DNA of 64,000 nucleotides from a virus: IMG/VR virus record IMGVR_UViG_3300023116_008583, positions 26,192 to 90,191 of that record; one strand, 5' to 3'. Shown piece by piece: positions 58,876 to 64,000 of this stretch (position 1 is its first letter; each line of letters starts with the position of its first letter). The notes under the pieces were generated by a model. It saw only the letters and a program-made list of their open reading frames with translations, ran no database searches and was not told where the DNA came from. The position numbers and the translations under genes were made by a program.

Positions 58876-61116
58876 ATGAAAAAGAATCCCTTGATTTCGA
58901 GGATGTCAATTTTTACGACGATTAGCTTAGGCTTAATCGCTCTTGCTTTTATCACATCTTGTCCAGAGCAACCCGTACCCACTGAGTATGACGCAGGCAC
59001 GATAGTTCGTCTAAATCCTACACCTTCTACACCTCACGATGCTGGCCCGACTTACACACCTGCGCCTTATGATGCAGGTCCGGCGGTAACCTTAGATTCA
59101 GTCACTCCTCCAACAGGTCCGGTGCAGGGAGGTGTAAGAGTTAGACTGAGAGGACAAGGATTCGCGCCTGACTCTGTCGTGATCGTTAACGGAACAGATG
59201 CAACAGATATCTTCGTCACAAACAATCGAATCATCACATTCAGGCTGCCGCCAGGACAAGCAGGCCAGGCAGAGATAGTAGTACATAACAGTCTAGGCAC
59301 AGCCGCTACCACAGACTTTGAGTATATCGATGAACACGCACCTCAAGTCCACCCTAGTCGAGGATCTATCTCAGGAGGAACTTACGTAACAATATTCAAA
59401 GAAGGCGTTGGAGATGAGAATGCCACGGTTCTTTTTGCAGGGATGATGGCAACAGTTGTCGATGCGCCTGATGACAACACGCTAAATGTGTACACTCCGC
59501 AAGGTATGCGCGGATTCGCAGATATCAGCATCGACGCTAACGGAAATCAGTCAACCATCTCAGGTGGGTTTGAGTACTACGATCCTACGTTTATCACAGG
59601 CGGAGTGCATGGAGGTGTTGTAGACGGAGCTTTCAACGTTAAAGTCTTGACCATAATTCAGGGAGAGAGAGTGCCGATTCCTGAGGCAGTTGTTTGGCTT
59701 GGGCTAGAACCGAACCCAGAACGTGTTATGCTTACTGATGTCAATGGCTTAGCAACGCTGTCAGGAGCAGATGTCTATGGTGCTCAAACGGTAACGATCG
59801 CAGCGAACTACTGTGATACTGAGACTTACATTGAGGTGCCAGCAGAAGATCTCACAGTTTACTTGCTGTGTAACTTTCCGTCACCCCCATCTTCAGGAAG
59901 CCCACCACCACGACCACCGGTAATCTTTCCACGAATCATGGGCACGGTAACAGGATTCTCAAAGGCACTCTTTGATCCGTACACGCTGGGCCCGAATGAG
60001 AGAGCGTTCGGTTTCATCGATCTTACGCAGCGCAACATCTTTAGCAGAAAGACACCGAAGGCAACAGCGTGGGAGCAACCTGTTCCGGAAGGAGGCCGTC
60101 CTTGCACGTGGTTCTCGACTGGTAACTGCATCACAGTATTTGGCAATGACACCATCTTCCAGGACAATGCAACATTTGACTTCATCACGGTTCCAGGCAG
60201 GTACGCTCTGGTCGCTTTCACAGGCGTTATCAATATCCGGACGCAAGAAATTAGAGATGTTAGACAGATGGGCATCACTCGAGGTATTAACGCAGTGTTC
60301 GGTGAGACAGTGTCAGATGTTGTCATCAACCTAGAGTATGACTTGCAGAGATCTACGCTAATCACACTGCCAAACGCTCCGTTTCGACCGGATGGCCGAG
60401 AAGGACCCACTCATACCAAAGTCTCGTCTTTCCTAGATTTCGGAGGAGAAGGTGTGTATCATCTAAGCACGCAGACAAATGATAGACCTCACTTGCTGGT
60501 TGAGAGTCTGCCTTCCATCTCAGGCCAGCAGATCACCTTCTACGCAGGAACATTCACGAGAGAGTGGGATCCGAACTACGACAACTTGGTGCCTTGCCGC
60601 ATGCACCCAGATTGCCAGCCTGGGCAAACTTGCGTCGAGGGAGAAAGAGGATTGTCTTGTCACGGTAACTACGCTTACAATGAACCCTACAGCGCGATCA
60701 TCAGGTCAGCGCAGGGTGAGCTTCGATCAGGAGCAGAGATGGGTGAGATGGTGCAGTTTCCTGATATGGTGAGTCCACGACCCGGTGAGTACTTGTCAAA
60801 CAGAATGTTTAGGTGGCGTACCAGCCCGATCACGGTGCCACCGTCTATCTACATGATCACGATGGCTGAGGTCTCCACCGGAAATCAGTGGAGAGTTTAC
60901 GTGCCGGGGCACTTGACCAAGTTTAGACTGCCTCACTTTCCTCCGGGAGGTTTTGGCGGAGCAGTTGAGACGCCTAGTTCTGGCGTCTTCATGTTCAGGA
61001 TGGTCACTGCCCTGATTCCGGGATTCAACTACGGACAGTGGGATTTGAACGAGGTTGCATCTCACAACCGACGTGCCTGGACCCAAGAGATCTCAGTATT
61101 TACCCTTGACAATTAA
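58876..61116 (+). CDS. IPT/TIG-domain lipoprotein
   Basis: ITSC lipobox, VTPPTGP..GG..V...G.GF IPT repeats, DAG Pro-rich linkers, Cys-rich insert. Confidence 0.75.
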   Translation: MKKNPLISRMSIFTTISLGLIALAFITSCPEQPVPTEYDAGTIVRLNPTPSTPHDAGPTYTPAPYDAGPAVTLDSVTPPTGPVQGGVRVRLRGQGFAPDSVVIVNGTDATDIFVTNNRIITFRLPPGQAGQAEIVVHNSLGTAATTDFEYIDEHAPQVHPSRGSISGGTYVTIFKEGVGDENATVLFAGMMATVVDAPDDNTLNVYTPQGMRGFADISIDANGNQSTISGGFEYYDPTFITGGVHGGVVDGAFNVKVLTIIQGERVPIPEAVVWLGLEPNPERVMLTDVNGLATLSGADVYGAQTVTIAANYCDTETYIEVPAEDLTVYLLCNFPSPPSSGSPPPRPPVIFPRIMGTVTGFSKALFDPYTLGPNERAFGFIDLTQRNIFSRKTPKATAWEQPVPEGGRPCTWFSTGNCITVFGNDTIFQDNATFDFITVPGRYALVAFTGVINIRTQEIRDVRQMGITRGINAVFGETVSDVVINLEYDLQRSTLITLPNAPFRPDGREGPTHTKVSSFLDFGGEGVYHLSTQTNDRPHLLVESLPSISGQQITFYAGTFTREWDPNYDNLVPCRMHPDCQPGQTCVEGERGLSCHGNYAYNEPYSAIIRSAQGELRSGAEMGEMVQFPDMVSPRPGEYLSNRMFRWRTSPITVPPSIYMITMAEVSTGNQWRVYVPGHLTKFRLPHFPPGGFGGAVETPSSGVFMFRMVTALIPGFNYGQWDLNEVASHNRRAWTQEISVFTLDN

Positions 61117-61127
61117 TGTGTTAAGAA

Positions 61128-61134
61128 ATACTTA
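61128..61134 (+). promoter_or_regulatory. putative late-promoter motif ATACTTA
   Basis: Intergenic, AAGGAG RBS downstream. Confidence 0.6.
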
Positions 61135-61157
61135 TAGTCAGCATAAGGAGTGCAACT

Positions 61158-62114
61158 ATGTCTACATTTGACCGCTGGAATAAGATGGCAGGACTTCTCA
61201 ATGAGTCTGCTGAACCACAACAAACTGTTGAAGCTGAGGAAACACAGACTTCTACGATGAACGAGTCTGATCTCCGCGGGATGATCGCAGAACTCGCGAA
61301 GGGGATGCTGAGCGAAGGAATGCTTGACTTCATCAAGAAGGGCGACAGCATGGGTGCTGTATTCGACCCTGCAGCGCTCTGGTCTCCTGTTAAGCAAATG
61401 CAGTGGGGACTCGGTCTCCTGGGGTACCTTGATGCTGATAGCTTTAGAGACATTGACGGCAAGTTTGGCCCAAAGACAAAAAAGGCGGTTGAAAGATTCC
61501 AGAAGCAGATGGGGCTGAAACCTGACGGTGTTTGGGGCCCTAAAACAAACGCAGCTTTCGTGAAAGCTGTGAAAGGTCAAATCGATGCCGGGATGGATAA
61601 TCCACGATTCGGTACAATTACGGATCCTTCTCCGGGGCCTTCAAACTTGGGTACAGTAAATGCTACAAAACAGTGGCTTGAATCATGGTTGGAACACAGC
61701 GACCTTGACGGAAAAGTTCTTCGCATGGGTCGCACGAGAAACAAAAGAGCTCCTGCTGCACCCAAAGCTCCTGAAGCTCCAGCATCTGATATGACAGTTG
61801 CTGCAGCAGACGAAGATGACTTCTTTGATTTCTTGAAAGATCTCCCAGAAGATCCTTCTTTTGAAGAGATTGCTGCAGCTCGAGGTGCGGCCGCAGCAAA
61901 AGCACTTATTGGTGAGCCAGCACCTGGTGATGAGCCAGAAGATTCAGATGTAACTCTTCCAGGTATGCCAGACGTTTTCGCTCGTGGACTTAAGTTTACC
62001 AATGTTTACGGTGAAAAAGTTTTGGATATTTCAAGAGATGATTACGAAAAAGCAGGCATCTCCAAGGCCGATCTGGCAAGAGCGAATAACGTAGACAAGG
62101 TGATGATCTCTTAA
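61158..62114 (+). CDS. peptidoglycan-binding domain protein with N-terminal tags
   Basis: DGKFGPKT..AV..FQ...GL..DG..GPKT; RWNKMAGLLNES. Confidence 0.75.
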   Translation: MSTFDRWNKMAGLLNESAEPQQTVEAEETQTSTMNESDLRGMIAELAKGMLSEGMLDFIKKGDSMGAVFDPAALWSPVKQMQWGLGLLGYLDADSFRDIDGKFGPKTKKAVERFQKQMGLKPDGVWGPKTNAAFVKAVKGQIDAGMDNPRFGTITDPSPGPSNLGTVNATKQWLESWLEHSDLDGKVLRMGRTRNKRAPAAPKAPEAPASDMTVAAADEDDFFDFLKDLPEDPSFEEIAAARGAAAAKALIGEPAPGDEPEDSDVTLPGMPDVFARGLKFTNVYGEKVLDISRDDYEKAGISKADLARANNVDKVMIS

Positions 62115-62136
62115 AAAAGATTTTCTCTTAAAATCT

Positions 62137-62165
62137 GTGTAAATTATACATTGCTATAGTATAAT
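62137..62165 (+). promoter_or_regulatory. sigma70-like promoter
   Basis: GTGTAA-N17-TATAAT, then GAGGAGG. Confidence 0.7.
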
Positions 62166-62183
62166 AGTGGCGAGGAGGAACAA

Positions 62184-62714
62184 ATGGTTCTCGCTACTTT
62201 TCTAATTCTGTCGTCGCCTACGGGCACTGTTTCAATGCAAGCAGTCACCATCAAGTCCGAGAAAGACTTTGACTGCAAGACCCCGATCGACTACCGATTC
62301 GGAAGGATTACTTCTCACATCGGAGTCCGGGACAATCCGTGGGGCCCGGGCAAGAAGTTTCATCACGGCATCGACATCGGAGCAGATGAAGGTGTCAAGA
62401 TCAGAGCAGTTGCTGACGGTTACGTTTACTTCGCTCGGATGTCTAAGCGAGGAGGCGGACTGCAAGTTAATGTCCGTGCACCTAACAACCTGAAGTTCAA
62501 GTACTCTCACATGTCAGAGATTCTTGTGAAAGAGGGTACGCGGGTCGTAGCAGGTCAAGTCATCGGACGTGTTGGTAGCACGGGAAGATCGATGGGTCCG
62601 CACCTTCACCTGGAGATCTACTGGAACAAGGGAAGAAACACGAGTGACTTCCTCGATCCCAGGCAGTTTGTTTGCAAGTACCGCGAAAACATTTGGAAGA
62701 AGCACTCGCACTGA
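62184..62714 (+). CDS. M23 family peptidase
   Basis: HHGID, YSH, GSTG...GPHLHLE. Confidence 0.92.
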   Translation: MVLATFLILSSPTGTVSMQAVTIKSEKDFDCKTPIDYRFGRITSHIGVRDNPWGPGKKFHHGIDIGADEGVKIRAVADGYVYFARMSKRGGGLQVNVRAPNNLKFKYSHMSEILVKEGTRVVAGQVIGRVGSTGRSMGPHLHLEIYWNKGRNTSDFLDPRQFVCKYRENIWKKHSH

Positions 62715-64000
62715 TGAATACACTCTCACGTTTTATCGAAGACATGGCAGCAACCTCTTCAGTACTAGATAAAGTTGCACTACTAGAATCCTCAGACGAG
62801 CTCACACGAAAAGCGCTTTACTACACTTACAATCCTTACTTGCAGTATCACATCGGTGTGAAGAACCTGCAGAAGAGATCTGATCTTTGCGACGACACGT
62901 GTGACTACCAAGATGTGTTTGACCTGCTTGACGCATTGAATGCACGAGAGATCACAGGTCACAAAGCACTCTCACAGACCAACGCATTCTTGCAGGAAAA
63001 CCCGGAGTGGAAAGACATTTTAAATCTCATCCTCGATCGCAACCTGAAGATCCGAGCATCTGAGAAGCTTATTAACAGAGCGTGTGACAATCTCATTCCC
63101 ACGTTCGACGTAGCATTGGCAAACTCGTATGATGAGAAGACTGCTAAGAAAGTTGATTTCGAAAATCAAGTCTGGGTGGTGTCCCGAAAACTTGACGGAG
63201 TTAGATGTCTCGTTATGGTAGATGAGAACGGTCACGCCACTTCATGGGCACGTTCCGGCAAGCAGTTCCAGACTTTGCGGAAGGTGGAAGAGGAGATCGA
63301 AGCACTCGGTGTGACCAACGTTGTCTATGACGGCGAGATGTGTTTAGTCGATGAGCACGGCAACGAGGACTTCCAGAGCATGATGAAGCAGATCCGACGC
63401 AAGGATCACACGGTCGAGAACGGCCTGTTTCAGATCTTCGACATGATCGACCTGCCTGATTTCCAAGCAGGCGTGTCCGAGGACGGGTTCCTCACGAGGT
63501 TGGGTAGATTAGCTGACACCCTCCGAGGAGCTGATCACAAGCACTTGGCAATACTGGGCCAGCAGCGCCTCACGGATCACGAGGACTTCCAGAAGTGGCG
63601 CCAGGAAGCCCAGGATGCTGGCTGGGAAGGTTTAATGCTGCGACTTGATACCACATATAAAGGTAAGCGGTCGAAGGACATTCTGAAGGTTAAGACAATG
63701 CACGACGCCGAGTATCGAGTTGAAGGTACGGCATTTGGTCCGTTTCGATACGTGAAGGACGGCAAGGAAGTAGAAGAGCAAATGCTGTCAGCTGTCTTTG
63801 TCAAGCACAAGGGTAACACGGTCCGAGTGGGCAGTGGGTTCACGATTGAGCAGCGGCAACATTTTATGAATCATCCTGAAGATATCATGAACAAAGTGAT
63901 CACCGTGCAGTATTTTGAAGAGAGCCAAAACCAAGACGGCGAATATAGCCTGCGGTTTCCGGTCATGAAAGTGATTCACGGTGATGAACGGACTTGTTAA
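62714..64000 (+). CDS. ATP-dependent DNA ligase
   Basis: KLDGVR, YDGE, FD, EGLML, KVK, OB fold GSG, LRFP. Confidence 0.95.
   Translation: MNTLSRFIEDMAATSSVLDKVALLESSDELTRKALYYTYNPYLQYHIGVKNLQKRSDLCDDTCDYQDVFDLLDALNAREITGHKALSQTNAFLQENPEWKDILNLILDRNLKIRASEKLINRACDNLIPTFDVALANSYDEKTAKKVDFENQVWVVSRKLDGVRCLVMVDENGHATSWARSGKQFQTLRKVEEEIEALGVTNVVYDGEMCLVDEHGNEDFQSMMKQIRRKDHTVENGLFQIFDMIDLPDFQAGVSEDGFLTRLGRLADTLRGADHKHLAILGQQRLTDHEDFQKWRQEAQDAGWEGLMLRLDTTYKGKRSKDILKVKTMHDAEYRVEGTAFGPFRYVKDGKEVEEQMLSAVFVKHKGNTVRVGSGFTIEQRQHFMNHPEDIMNKVITVQYFEESQNQDGEYSLRFPVMKVIHGDERTC

Overview
Gene-dense, almost entirely + strand segment of a large (jumbo-type) bacteriophage genome in the standard genetic code. It has no rRNA, CRISPR array, IS element or obvious intein. 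Replication and repair: DnaE-type polymerase, DinG-like helicase, 5'-3' exonuclease, Fpg/Nei, MBD4-like glycosylase, UvsE, ATP-dependent ligase. Nucleotide and sugar metabolism: divergent ThyX, a dNMP kinase fused to a thymidylate-synthase-like domain, nucleoside deoxyribosyltransferase, thymidine kinase, dCMP deaminase, IMPDH/GMPR, MazG-like, Nudix, two NDP-sugar epimerases, phosphomannomutase. Also present: chaperones (ClpB, GroEL, DnaJ), a tubulin/FtsZ-like GTPase, cell-wall hydrolases, Myxococcota-style lipoproteins and one tRNA-Ser(GGA). Two candidate novel systems stand out. (1) A probable cytosine hypermodification pathway built from an Asp-variant truncated TS domain and a Cys-variant ThyX. 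(2) A set of genes behind a recurring ATAYTTA (putative late) promoter whose otherwise unrelated proteins share short helical tags ending in (L/I/V)xE, suggesting protease-processed, capsid-packaged cargo enzymes. All assignments come from motif recognition by eye; no searches were run.
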